Shown here piece by piece: positions 27,379 through 39,562 of a stretch of 64,000 nucleotides of DNA. Where the stretch lies: NCBI GenBank assembly GCA_964016885.1, contig OZ024742.1:147126001-147190000 (forward strand), in the 5' to 3' direction. The DNA is from Eledone cirrhosa (Eukaryota). Below the pieces are notes generated by a model, which had not been told where the DNA came from, searched no databases, and saw nothing but the letters and a program-made list of their open reading frames with translations. The first letter of the stretch is position 1. The number at the start of each line of letters is the position of its first letter. A program made the translations under genes and the position numbers.

Positions 27379-30300
27379 ATCATCATCATCATCATCATCT
27401 TCGTTTAACGTCCATATTCTACGCTCGCATGGGTTTGGGCAGGAGTTTTCCCACTTGAGGCATAAGTGGTTGTCTTGCTCGCATAGGACTGTCTGGCGGG
27501 TTTTCTACGGCTGGATGCCCTTCCTAACACCAACCACATTTACAGTGTGGACTGGGAGGTTTTTACCGTGTTACCTACACGGCCACATTACAGCGTGGAC
27601 TCTGTGTTTTTTTGTCGTGACACCTACACGACCTCATTTGTTTCGGGCTGGATGTTGTGGTACCAACATAATCTGATCCCTCTTATTTCTAATTTCTCCC
27701 TTAGTTCGTTTATGCTTTGCCGTTCACGTATATTACTATTATACAACCAGCGGAGCATGCAAGCTTCGTTTCTCTCAAGTCTGCGTATATCCTCTGCACA
27801 CAATGCCCAGGTCTCACTCCCATGTAACATTGCTGTTCGTATGCAGGCATCATACAGCCTGCCTTTCATTTTTAGAGAGAACCCTTTAGCAGCCAATAGT
27901 GGTATAAGCTCTCTGAACTTTTTGCATCCCGTTCTGACTCTAGCTACTGTACTTTCAGAGCACCCTCCCCCACTGCTGATTTTATCACCCAGGTAACGGA
28001 AGCTGTCCACTATTTCTATAGAACCATCTGTGCAATGGAATGAGTTAGTATTGCTTGGGCACTTGCTGCTACTTATTGCACCAGAGCACCAGCCACATAT
28101 AAAACCTATATTCTTAGTTAGCTTACCTGTGATCCCACTACATCTTTTATGTACCCATACTTTGCATTTGGGACATAAAATGGAGTTTCTACCTACTCTT
28201 TTCCTACACACTGAGCATGGCCATTTCCCAGATGGGACCGGTGCCCTTTTTTCCTTCCTACAAACTAGAACTTTAGTCTTAGACAAATAAACTTTAAGGC
28301 CTTTTGATTCTAGGCCATGTTTCCATGTTTGTAATTTCTTCTCTAGTTCAGCCATTGATTCAGCTATGAGCGTTAGATCATCTGCATATAGGAGTTCCCA
28401 TGGGTAGCCGGTCTTGAACTCCTCTGTTATAGCCTGAAGGGCAATAATAAATAGTAGGGGGCTAAGAACGGAGCCCTGATGAACACCAACTTTTATGCTA
28501 AACTCTTCACTATATTCGTTGTTAATTCTAACCTTGCTGACTGTTTCTTTATACATGGCATGTATAGCTCTCACAAGCCATTCATCAACACCTAGTTTTC
28601 TAAGGGCCCACCAGATAATCAAGCGGGGTACTCTGTCAAAGGTTTTCTCCAAGTCAAAAAAAGCTAAGTATAGGGGTTTACTTTTAGCTAGGTACTTCTC
28701 CTGTAATTGTCGTACAATGAAAAGAGCGTCTGTTGTACTTTTACCTGACACAAACCCAAACTGCATTTCGTCTAGATCAATTCGCTCTCTGATTAGTTGC
28801 ACTATTACTTTTTTTGTGACCTTCATGACCTGGTCAATTAATTTAATGCCTCTATAGTTTCCCCTATCTAGGGCATCACCTTTACACTTGTAGCAGTTAA
28901 TGATGATGCTGCTGTGCAAGTCCTTCGGAACAACCCCATTCTGTATGACTTGGTTTACTATCCGGGTGACCATAGTGTGTCCCACCGTTCCAGATGCTTT
29001 CAGCATTTCGGCAACTATTTCCGAAGGCCCGGCCACCTTGCCCGTCTTCATGTCTTTGATCGCCTTACTTATTATACTACCTGCACTGCTGATCCCTCTA
29101 TTGGGTCGATGTGGGGGAGACTGTCTTTCTCCCAATTATTCTCCTCATTTAGTAGCCTTTCGTAGTGACACTTCCAAGCTACCTTCTTATCAGCGTCAGT
29201 GATGGCAAGTACACCATCATTTAGGACACACTTTTCCCAGACAATTTCACTGTTTTCCTTGACACATTGCCAAGCAATCCTGAACACCTCATGTTTTTGG
29301 TCCTCGCGTTGTAGAACATGCTTGAACTTTCTTTCCTCTGCTTCCCTTCTTGCAAAGTACACTTGTCTCCTAGCTTCCTCCTGGCCACTTGATAGTCTTC
29401 TCTACTTCCCCCATCCCGCCATACTTTCCAAGCCTGCTTTTTGGCCTTGATTGACCTCTCCACCTTACTATTCCACCACCAAGTTACTCTCCCCCTGCCT
29501 ATAGGTCTGCTCCAGCCACAGGTTTCATCTGTCGCCTTCAGCGGGTTAGCTTTCAGGAATTCCCACTGTTCCTCTATATTGTACGACTAATTGCTCTTCC
29601 TTACGATCAAAAGCATCAAGTAATATGCTTTTAAATTTATGACTGGCTGTGGGGGTCCTTTAATTTCCATATTTTTCTCCAGAGGATAGTCCTCTTCTGT
29701 TGCCGAATACGTCTCGTCCTGACTATGAGGTCGCTAATTATGAGTATGTTGAGACGGGCATTCTTCATGGGGGAGGGATTTAGTGTTTACAACAGACACT
29801 CTGTCACGTCTCCTGGTAAGGATATAATCTACCTGGCTTGTGTGTTCCCCCGATCTATAGGTGATCAGGTGATTGTCACGTTTTTTGAAGTTAGTGTTAC
29901 AGATAGTTAGGTTATTTGCGTCACAATTCCAGGATTCTGGAGCCTTCCTCATTTCTAGTACCAAACCCATAGCCTCCATGGATTCCGTCATAGCCGTCAC
30001 AATGTTGTCCAACGTGACCATTTAGGTCGCCAGCAATAATTATATAGTCACTGTCGGTTATCTGGGAGGTAGTGAGCATCAGTGTCTCATAGAATCTGTC
30101 TTTTATAGTGCCGGGCAGTGCGGATTGGGGGGGCGTACGCAGATATTACTGTCACTGTAGTTCTATTGAGGACAAGTCTTATTTTAATTATTCTGTCGTT
30201 CACTCTATTTACGTCTATTATCTTATCTGCCCACTTTTCTGCTACCATGATTCCTACTCCACCCAGCCCATTGTCATTTCCCACCCAGAAAAGCTTATAG

Positions 30301-31173
30301 CATCATTCTTTACCCACACTGAATCTAGCAGACCCACCTCTCCACCTGGTCTCTTGAATACAACAAACATCGACCTCCTTACGTTCAAGCATTTCTACAA
30401 CCTCATTAGAGCGACCCTTTAAGGTGCCTACATTCATGGTTCCAACTCTGAAGTTTTGGATTGCGTTTGGAGGGTGGGAGCTGTGGGGTGTGGGGGGAAA
30501 TGGAGTTGTGTTAGCCATCCGCGGCCAAAACAAAGAGGAGGAGTCCTTGCATTCTCGTCCATGAGGTGAATTTGTCTTTATCTTTGGCATTGTCACTGAG
30601 CGTCCAGATTTTTTTCTTTTCAACTCTCCAGAATTCCGTAGTCCATCCATCATATCAAAAGGCAACCAGGTAAGCGATAGCATAGGCCGCTGACTTATGA
30701 TTGGCCCACGTAATAAAGGTGGTGCGTGGGGGGCGGGTGGGAGGGATATTGGGTAGTTAGCGAGAAGGTTAAGGTTTAAATAAGATCCCCGTATTTTGGG
30801 CATAATTTAACAAGCATAAAACAATAATACAAGATTTGTTTTGAAAAATAGGCTAGAAGTATCGAGTAGAAAAGCAAAGATTGGATTCGGGGAGAAATGA
30901 TACAGAATGATGAATGGACTAAGGAATTAAAATGGTGAGAAGAGTGAAGAAATATTTGTACGTTACATTACACCATGAAAGCAGCCATCTGAATAGGAAT
31001 TGGCGATTTTGAGGTTTCGTACTTGCAGGATTTATTTTATATATGGAGAGAGGGGGGGAAGGGATTTGGCGGCGAACCAGCATGATATAGGGGGGGGGGG
31101 GGGTGAAGATAGGAGGGAGCCGAGGTTAAGAGTTTAAATAAAGTCCTCGAATTTGGGGCATAATTTAGTCAGC
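27379..31173 (-). mobile_element. Near full-length but disrupted RTE LINE, subfamily B (5'UTR, APE endonuclease, RT, 3'UTR)
   Basis: APE motifs GTMNVGTL, DVCCIQETRW, ISAYAP, GDLNGHVG, SQVDYIL and PSQH; RT in ORF 27624-29135 with YADD; frameshifts and a deletion at the ORF/UTR junction. Confidence 0.95.
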
Positions 31174-31460
31174 ATATACATATATATATATCATATATAT
31201 ATTTATATCATCTATACATATATATATATATATCATATATACATATATATATATACATATATATATCATATATATATATACATATATATCATATATACAT
31301 ATATATATACATATATATCATATATACATATATATCATATATACATATATATATACATATATATCATATATACATATATATATACATATATATCATATAT
31401 ACATATATACATATATATCATATATATCATATATACATATATATCATATATACATATATA
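31174..31460. repeat. TA/TACA/TATCA microsatellite
   Basis: Direct reading. Confidence 0.9.
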
Positions 31461-32033
31461 TGGTGGCTGCCAACTCGTTTTCGAGTACGGCCACTACCGA
31501 TGCGCTGAACGAATGTGACTTTTTAGTCCAGCCAGCGACTTGAAAACTCTGGTTACAAACACTACACTTGTGACAATTATTGACACATAGTACTGGGCCC
31601 TTGGTACCATGTGACGACAAGTGCAGAGAGATCTCCAGATATAAAGCAATGCCTGTGCCGTGAAGCTTTTATAGTGAGCAAAGGCACTGCACAAAGCCAG
31701 TCCCACTCTCTTAACCAAGATGATATTTACCAAAAAGAAGAACAAGTCAACATCATTGGATACCATCAGGGTTGCAGGTGTTATATCAGAATTTTCCTTC
31801 TCCTAGAATTCTGCCTTGACAAAGGCTAAGGGGTCATGTCTCCCGGTGATTTTGGATGGCCATTGACTCTTAAGAGCTCCTTTTCCCTTTGACAGGTTGT
31901 TTTTAGTCCTGCAGGATGTCCAAAGTCACCCTCCTCACCAAGAAACCTTGGTGGGGTTGCCAGTTTAGTCGCCAATGACCCGGCCATGGGACAGGTTGTA
32001 CTGGAATACATGTTACCAGTAGCACCAACTGGT

Positions 32034-32034
<1 letters not shown>
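31461..32034 (-). mobile_element. About 570-bp non-coding interspersed element, probably a non-autonomous RTE derivative
   Basis: Near-identical copy at 62138-62636 with the same left end; contains the RTE-5'UTR-like motif ctaggagaaggaaaa.tctga on the minus strand. Confidence 0.75.
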
Positions 32035-32068
<34 letters not shown>

Positions 32069-32078
32069 CATACATACA

Positions 32079-32116
<38 letters not shown>

Positions 32117-32138
32117 CATATATATTTATATATATATA

Positions 32139-33022
32139 CAGGGTGAGGAAGATATTTGTTTGCAATTTTCAACTGTTAATTTTATGCAAATTTTTTTTAC
32201 TTCCATCGTCACTCTTGTCTTCATAAAAACAGCGACTAGATTTCCATTATTTATTTTTCAGAATAATTGATTATGAATAATTTTGAACCTCCAAATTTGT
32301 GGAAGAGACACGGAATTCTTCTTGGAATCCGCGCCGGGAGGACAAATAAGGAAATTTCAGACTTTCTCAGCGTCAGCAGGAGAATGGTGTCTCTTCCAAA
32401 GACATGCCCAGAGTCATGCAGACAAAGTTTCCAACGACAACATTGGTCTTAGGTGTCATCAGCAGTCAAGGTGACGCCATGCCACCTCACTTCTTCGCTA
32501 AGGGCCTCAAGCTGAACACCGATGGCTACATCCACATTCTGAGTGAGGTAGTAAAGCCCTGGATCGACCAGGTAGCTGCAGGTAGGCCGTACGCGTGGCA
32601 GCAAGACTCAGCGCCCTGCCATACCTGCCGAAAGACCCAAGCCTGGCTGTCAGAGAACTTCGTCGACCACACTTCACCTGACATCTGGCCTCCCAGCTCA
32701 CCTGACTGCAACCCCCTCGACTTCTTTGTGTGGGGTGCAGTGGAACGAGACACCAACAGATCTAGCTGCAATACGAAAGACGATCTGAAGGCCAGGATCA
32801 CAAGTGCCTTTAGGTGCCTAAGTCGGGGGACAGTGACGAAGGCCTGTAGCCGGTTCCGAGGCCGCCTTGAGGCCGTCATCAAAGCCAATGGCGGGTTTAT
32901 CAAGTGAGATCAAAAGAACAAGTCATGAAGACAAACTGACCCAAGTTTGATAAATATATATTAAAAAATAAAACTTATTTTTTCCTAGACTAATCTTGCG
33001 AACAAATATTGTCTGCACCCTG
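32139..33022 (+). mobile_element. Internally deleted Tc1/mariner transposon, maT (DD37D) family
   Basis: TA target duplications; TIRs cagggtgaggaagatatttgtttgcaa/ttgcgaacaaatattgtctgcaccctg; QQDSAPCH...SPDCNPLD with 37-aa spacing (ORF 32404-32907); N-terminal piece 32273-32390. Confidence 0.93.
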
Positions 33023-34369
33023 TATTATATATATATATATAAATATATATAATCATTTATATATATTATATATATATATCATCAAAAAACAAACCAATTA
33101 AATCAGAACAAAAATTAGCATCACAGGTCATTCTGAAAGAAACAAAATATCTCAGAATTGAACCCAGACAATCAAGAGTTGTATCTAGAAACAAAACATT
33201 AAAAAGATATCAAATAATTTCACAGAGCATTTAGCAGAGAAATGTCAACATTTCAACAGAATTGTAAAAATAAAGTGCACAAATTGGGATTTGGGGAGTG
33301 GGGGGGGGGGGGGTTTAAAATGAAGGAAATTTTAGTATAACTCTCTTTGATTATTTCAGGAGAATGATTTAAAGTGAAGAATTGTTATATGTGAATACGG
33401 AAACCAAAACAAGAATCAGTATTTTTAAGTTGAACATAAAATAAAATTTAATATTTTACATATTGGTAAGCAATCAAATTTTAGCACCAATAACAGAAAA
33501 ATCATTTTTAACAAAAAAATTATATATATATATATTCAGAAAATTTACATGCATTTGAAAATTAAATAATAGATGATATTTTCCAGGAGATGTGGTTGAG
33601 TGTTCCTGTGTGTTCCCAATTCAGGAGAGGTACACCATATCCCTGTGTATAGAACAGATACATTGTATCTCTGTATATTTAGTTTAGAAGAGGTACGCTA
33701 TGTTTTACTGTTACCATGAAAAGCAACATGAAATAAAGCTGAAGAACATACGTCACCTAGTCCAGGAAATTAATTTTTATTCAATCATTAAAATGGTTCA
33801 ACCTTGACCATCAGGCTTACAAATTATGAATAATATATATTTAAATGCTTGGCCAAGAGGTCAGAGTGTTAGACTCACATTCATAAGGTCATGAGTTCTA
33901 TTCTAGGATTAAGTGAGATATTGTGTCCTTGAGCCAGATGCTTTATTTCAAGTTGCTTTTCATGATAGGACTGGAGCCCCTATCATTAAAATACCCAAGA
34001 AACTTCATATGAGATGCAACTTCATAGGTCAGCTAACCCTACATAGGTGTGAGCTGCAATAACAGATTATATATATATATATATAGAAAATTTGTCAACC
34101 TTATTTTTACAAATTTAATAATTTAAATAATTTAAATTGAATTGTTATATAAATGGTACCACTTTAGAGAAATAAGTTAAATAATGTGGATTTAGAAGTA
34201 ATGATAAACAACATAGCACAAAATATATTAAACTAGAAGATAATTGAGAACAGCTCTTAAGATGTCAAACTAACACGCAACACACAGAAGAATGATACCA
34301 GCAAGAAAATTATTTTGGCCTTCACATGGTTATTATAACTATTATTATCAACATTATTACTATTATTAT

Positions 34370-34568
34370 TTTCATTAGACTTATTTCAATTGCATGCTGT
34401 CATTGCATTACTGAGCTGTATGCCTTGGATATGTGTAGTGTTGTTTTTGGTGGTGTTTCTATTGCATTGAAAGTATTCTTCATAATATATGCATAATGCT
34501 GAGTTGTGCTATTTTCTGTATATCGTAAATATCTGTAAGTCCTGGGGTTTGGGCTATATATTTGTCTA
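34370..34568 (-). mobile_element. 3' end of an R4/Dong-like RLE LINE within a (TAA)n tract
   Basis: DKYIAQTPGLTDIYDIQKIAQLSIMHIL resembles the IQKxALLGTAHILR terminus; TAA-type repeats on both sides. Confidence 0.65.
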
Positions 34569-34795
34569 TTATTATTATTACTACTACTACTATTACAATT
34601 ACTATTATAACTATTGCTTCCACAAGGTGCCAGCTGGAAAATAACATTTTAGACAACTTGCAACATTTCAAGACCAAAAGACGAAAATTCATTACGTCAA
34701 AGCTGTATGATAAGAGTAATGGGCTAAAAATAACATTTCTAAAAAAATTAAACATTTAAACTTCTATGAAAGAAAAGGATGCAACAAACATGAAA

Positions 34796-35815
34796 TCTCT
34801 ATATATATAAAACAGAGGATGTCTGTCTGTCTGTCCAAATCCCTGAAACTCGAGAAGTACCCGACCGATTTTTTTCAAACTTTACACATGCGTTACTTAT
34901 ATGTCTTGAAGTGCAATGGTGAAAAAGCGCGTTTTTTTTAGGCATTTTTAGACTTTTTTAAGGTGTAACTTAGAGATAATCCAGCCAATTTCCTCAAAAT
35001 TTGCAGCACACATTAGTTAGTCCCCTCGCATTGCTGTGGACAAAAATTTCCAATTCCATTAATGGTTTCTAGGAAATTTACGAATTAGCATTGGGCATTA
35101 CATGCCATTTTCATTTTCAATATAAACGCTACTTAAGTAGTGTATAATATTTCGTTAAAAATTTGGTTTATTTAACAGAGGACACAACACTTACTTTTAA
35201 GCAGGACCATTTTCGAGGGATTGAGGAAACAAGGAGGACCTTAAAATTTTTGTCGCCACCCTGTTGATGCTTTGTGCTTTCATCACACGCAAATCCGGGC
35301 TCCGTGTACTTTGCCGTGTTATTGACACCATAAAACTCACGTCTGTGCTACTTCTACACCGCAGTATGATTGCCCTGCGCAAGTACACCGAACAGTGGTT
35401 GTGCTAATTCCGTGGTAACCCCCATTTGAAATTGTTGATGGTGACCCCAATAGTAACTCCGAAGCATTCGACATCCAATATAACAGTTCGGTCTATATCA
35501 GATTGGGTAGATTTACAAAGAGGCTATGGTTTCCTGTGGGGAAGGCCCAACATGCTGTACGGTTGCATGACATGTCTTACTCAAGCATTGCAGGCTTTAC
35601 TCTGTACAGTATGCATGAAGGTGCAATAGACATAACTGATGATGTCTGTCCGGATGACTGGGTGCAAATCTATAAAACTTGAAAAGTCCCTAACCGATTT
35701 TCTCCAAATAGAAGAAAAATCATACTCTAAGATTTAGTACGCTTAAAGAGTATCCAGCTGATTTTCTTCAGATTTTGCACGGGCATGCAGATGTTTCACG
35801 ATTCAGGCCTTCTAG
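34796..35815 (+). mobile_element. Non-autonomous Helitron-like element
   Basis: 5' A/TCTCTATATATATAAA, then (TGTC)n and ccgattttt.tcaaacttt.caca typical of animal Helitron/DINE-like ends; candidate 3' CTAG/T at 35812-35816 (3' end uncertain). Confidence 0.55.
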
Positions 35816-36039
35816 TGTTCTATGTTTCCAGTAGATGAGCAATCATTCCCCGAGAATAGGGGAATTCAAAAAGTACATGGCTACATTCCTCAATCTTTGC
35901 ATATGTGCGTGTTGCTATTTCATGTTTCCCACCCTGTGCAATGCTGGGTCCTGCTGTTAGTAAAATATAAAATGAAAATATCCCAAACACCAGGATTTAC
36001 AAAGAACTTTACTTCAGTGTTGCCGAGTATATGACAATC

Positions 36040-36240
36040 TCTCTAGCATTGGTACTATGATAAAATGCATCCAATACACTGTCAAATGATTGAAATTAGG
36101 ATGGGCACCCAGTTGTAGAAACCATACCAAAATATGGAACAAATAGACAAAGCATGGTTATACAACCTGTCTAGTTTCAGACTGTGCAAACTCGTCTAAC
36201 CCATACTAGCACGGAAAATGTATATATGATGATGATGATA
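36040..36240 (+). mobile_element. Degenerate RTE-3'UTR-type SINE tail
   Basis: ggatgggcacccagttgtagaaacc...gtctaacccatactagcacggaaa...gatgatgat. Confidence 0.65.
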
Positions 36241-36474
36241 TTTAAGAAAAACTACTGAAGTATAATTCATCTGAAACAATTATCTAAGCATTAATACTGA
36301 GTTGCATTCATTAGAAGAGATTTCTAAATATTAATATGAAATATAACAACAGTTATATACATGAAATTCAACTGAAATAATGAAACAAAATCTGGAAAAA
36401 AACAACACTAACAGATCTAACTTGGGTCAACTATCAGAATTAAGAACAACTTTTAGATTCCATTTGACAGTATC

Positions 36475-36716
36475 AACCCTTTTGATACCAACCCAACCAA
36501 AACCGGCTCAGGTTCTATGAAATAACAACACCCATTTTAAAGGAATCCTTCATGTTTAAATTAAAATTTTCCAACATAATTTTATATAAGAACCACATGT
36601 TAAATTAATAACATAATAGTGAAATGATTAAAAATTTTAGTAAATCCCTCAACATTCTTCAATAATTAATTGAAATAGAATGTATTTCATGTGATATATG
36701 GTCATGAAAAAGTTAA
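36475..36716. mobile_element. piggyBac-type MITE family 1 (others at about 6415, 7660-7886, 13283, 37728-37947, 39880-40124, 43238-43478, 49590-49815, 51060-51320, 52340-52566)
   Basis: Shared ends aacccttttgataccaaccc.cctgaaa and aaagggttaa, with shared internal ttatgttccaaacacca. Confidence 0.7.
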
Positions 36717-36869
36717 TATTTTGCAAATATGAGCAGATTACAACAACGAAATGAACTGAATTTAAATATACCAGAAAGTGCAATTTTAAAACAGGAAAAA
36801 GTTTGGCAAGCCTAAAATCTCCAGATCAATTAAAATATCAAACTAATTTTAATAAAAGATGTGCATTAA

Positions 36870-37082
36870 CACTCAACGTCCTGTATTGTATAAAATCACA
36901 TTAGCAAGACATTCTTAAAAAGTGCAAAACAGAACTATAAAGACATTACATAGAAAATTGAAGTCTTTAGTTTACTGCAATTTTTCACAACAATCTGCCC
37001 ACTAGTAAAGATACTATATACATTTATATTAACAAACATGTTTTTAGATATTTTCTGTTAAATCATTACAAGATGTTAAAAG
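36870..37082. mobile_element. TTAA-flanked MITE, family 3
   Basis: Homologous to 40870-41088 along its full length; TTAA on both sides. Confidence 0.75.
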
Positions 37083-37302
37083 TTAAATTCATGTCAATAT
37101 GTTATAAACTAATTCTAAAATAATTTATGGGGAGTGGTTTCTTCCCCAACTTCTAATTCTGTTCTTAAACATATATATCACATTTGGCACAGCTTAATTT
37201 AACAAAATAAAAGAAATCATTAAAATCTTTATATTAAATATGCACCTAATATATATATACAAACTTAATATATATATACAAACTTAATATATATATACAA
37301 AC

Positions 37303-37349
<47 letters not shown>

Positions 37350-38404
37350 ATACACACAAACTTAATATATGTATACAAATTTAATCAATTGAACAGTCAG
37401 CTGAACAAAGATCAATACACTAATAAAATACTGAGTTATCTACTGAATCTAGTTAAGGGAGGGAAAATAAAGAAAACATTCAGAAAAAAATGTTAAAATA
37501 CCCATAAAAGTAATTTATCAAATGCAAAATTATATTTAAATGAGTGCAAGTAAAATGAAGTTTTCAAGTTTTCCATTGACAACACAAACTAGTTAGATAT
37601 CTATTTCATTAGCAATTCAATTATGATCAATCATTTTTGTAAAGATTCCAATTTAGAATTATTCTCTAAAGACATTTCTAGTTCAATGGCAATCTTTTTC
37701 TATAACAAAGGAGAGGTTTATATTTTTTAACCTTTTTGATACCAACCCACCTGAAACTGTTTAAAGTGTTCATATCTATATTAAACATTCCATCATAATT
37801 TTATGTAAGGCCTTTGTTAAGTTATGTTCCAAACACTATTTTAATAATAAAGTTACTTATTTTATGAGACTCTTCAAAAATTATTTTCAAAATTAACTGA
37901 AACATTGGCAGTGTATTTTATTAGAAATATAGAAACAAAAGCATTAAACTACAGTTCTAATTTATTTCGACTTTAATGGTAATCTAATTCTATTATAAAG
38001 GAGAGGTCTATATTGGGCTACACCTATACTATTATAAAGGAAAGGTACCAAATGTAAGATCAAACCAAGGGAATAATGTTTCCATTAGTCTGTCCATTAC
38101 AGATATTAACTGGCAGTTACAACACCTGGCAGAAGGAGGTGGAATTTGAATTCAGAAGGCACAGAAGTGGATCAGATACAGCAATTACAGTTAAAGATTT
38201 TTGTTTTGTTTTTTTAATCTCTTTAATAATAACCTAAACCTAAACTGGAAATTTATCAACCCTGAAAGGATGGCAAGCAAGGTTGACCTGGTAAGATTTG
38301 AACTTAAAGCACAGTGAACCAAAACAAATACCATAATATACTGAATTAGAGGTTTTGAAATCTTTCAATCTAAATAAGTGAAAAGCAGAAATTAGATAAT
38401 TTTC

Positions 38405-39123
38405 CATGCCAGCACGAGTTAGACGAGCTGTCCAGTTGTGAGACAAGCCAGATCATATGACCATGTCTTGGCCATACAGAACTGATTTTGGCTTAGTTTC
38501 TACAGCTGGATGCCCTTGCTAATTGCCAACCACATGATCACTATACAGTGTGTGCTGGGAACTTGTCATGTCACCAACACAATCACTTTATCATAGCACC
38601 ATAATGACCCCTTTACAGTGTGTGCTGGGTGCTTTTTGTTGTGATACCAACATGACCACTTTATAATGTGAACTGGGCACTTTTTGTCATGGCACCAAAA
38701 CGACCACTTTACAGTATGGACTGGGGACTGAGATAGAGGTGTAAAGGGCTGGGTGAAGAGTGGTGTGATTAGGGTGTGGGTGGAGTGTTAGGTGTATGAA
38801 AGGGGGATAGAGGATAGGGGTTATGTGGTGCATACTAGATGCCTGCTTCAACCTGTGTGCATGGGCAGACAGGTCTTCTGTATTACTGCATAACGCCAAA
38901 GATTTTGATCCTGTGTCATCACCTTTCAGAAATGCAATTGTGCACGGTCAGCTTTTAGCACTTGATCCTAGGTATTCTTAGGTCTTCCTAATCCATAACT
39001 CATCAACTTTGATCGCCCTGCACCTTTTATATAGCTGTCATCCTTCATACGCATCCCATGACCATACCAACACATCTCCTCTCCTCACACTACATCTGAT
39101 TCCTGTTATGCCCAGTTTCTCTA
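38405..39123 (-). mobile_element. Older RTE 3' fragment with expanded UTR modules
   Basis: Reverse complement encodes WYGHGMRMKDDSYIKRCRAIKVD; UTR similar to 10860-11370. Confidence 0.85.
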
Positions 39124-39375
39124 ATGAAAAGTTATTAACAGTCTAGAACAAAAACAGTTAAAATGTCAGCTATGTTTAAATCATTTTAGAAATTTTTTTC
39201 TTTAACTTTTTGGTTTCTAAGTTTTATTCCTGTCTTCCATAGAAAAGTCAATAACTGACATTTTGAACTGAAAGTTAAATTTCAAGGAACACTTAATAAC
39301 TTTAGTGATTGAGCTGTTGTCTCTTCCAACATTTGAAACACTGCTTTAAATACTAATACTACTAATAATAATAAT

Positions 39376-39562
39376 TATTTCTACGTTAGGCACAAGGCCA
39401 GCAATTACCCAGTGTATTACTGGTACTTTATTTTATCGACCCCGTAAGGATGAAAGGCAAAGTTAACCTCGGCAGGATTTGAACTCAGAATGGCAAGGGC
39501 CGTAACTATGCGCCAAAGCATGGCATCCGACACTCTACCAATACTGCCAATCCACCGCCTAC
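39376..39562 (-). mobile_element. SINE with Nin/Deu-like core, near full length
   Basis: Head ggcggtggattggcag...gagttcaaatcc, core ttcatccttacggggtcgataaa, ends in a (TAA)-type tract. Confidence 0.75.

Noticed and set aside
31880-32034. HDV-like or twister ribozyme at the 5' end of the non-autonomous element
   Set aside because: Could not assign P3/L3/P1.1 or the twister pseudoknots by eye; kept only as a structured-RNA candidate
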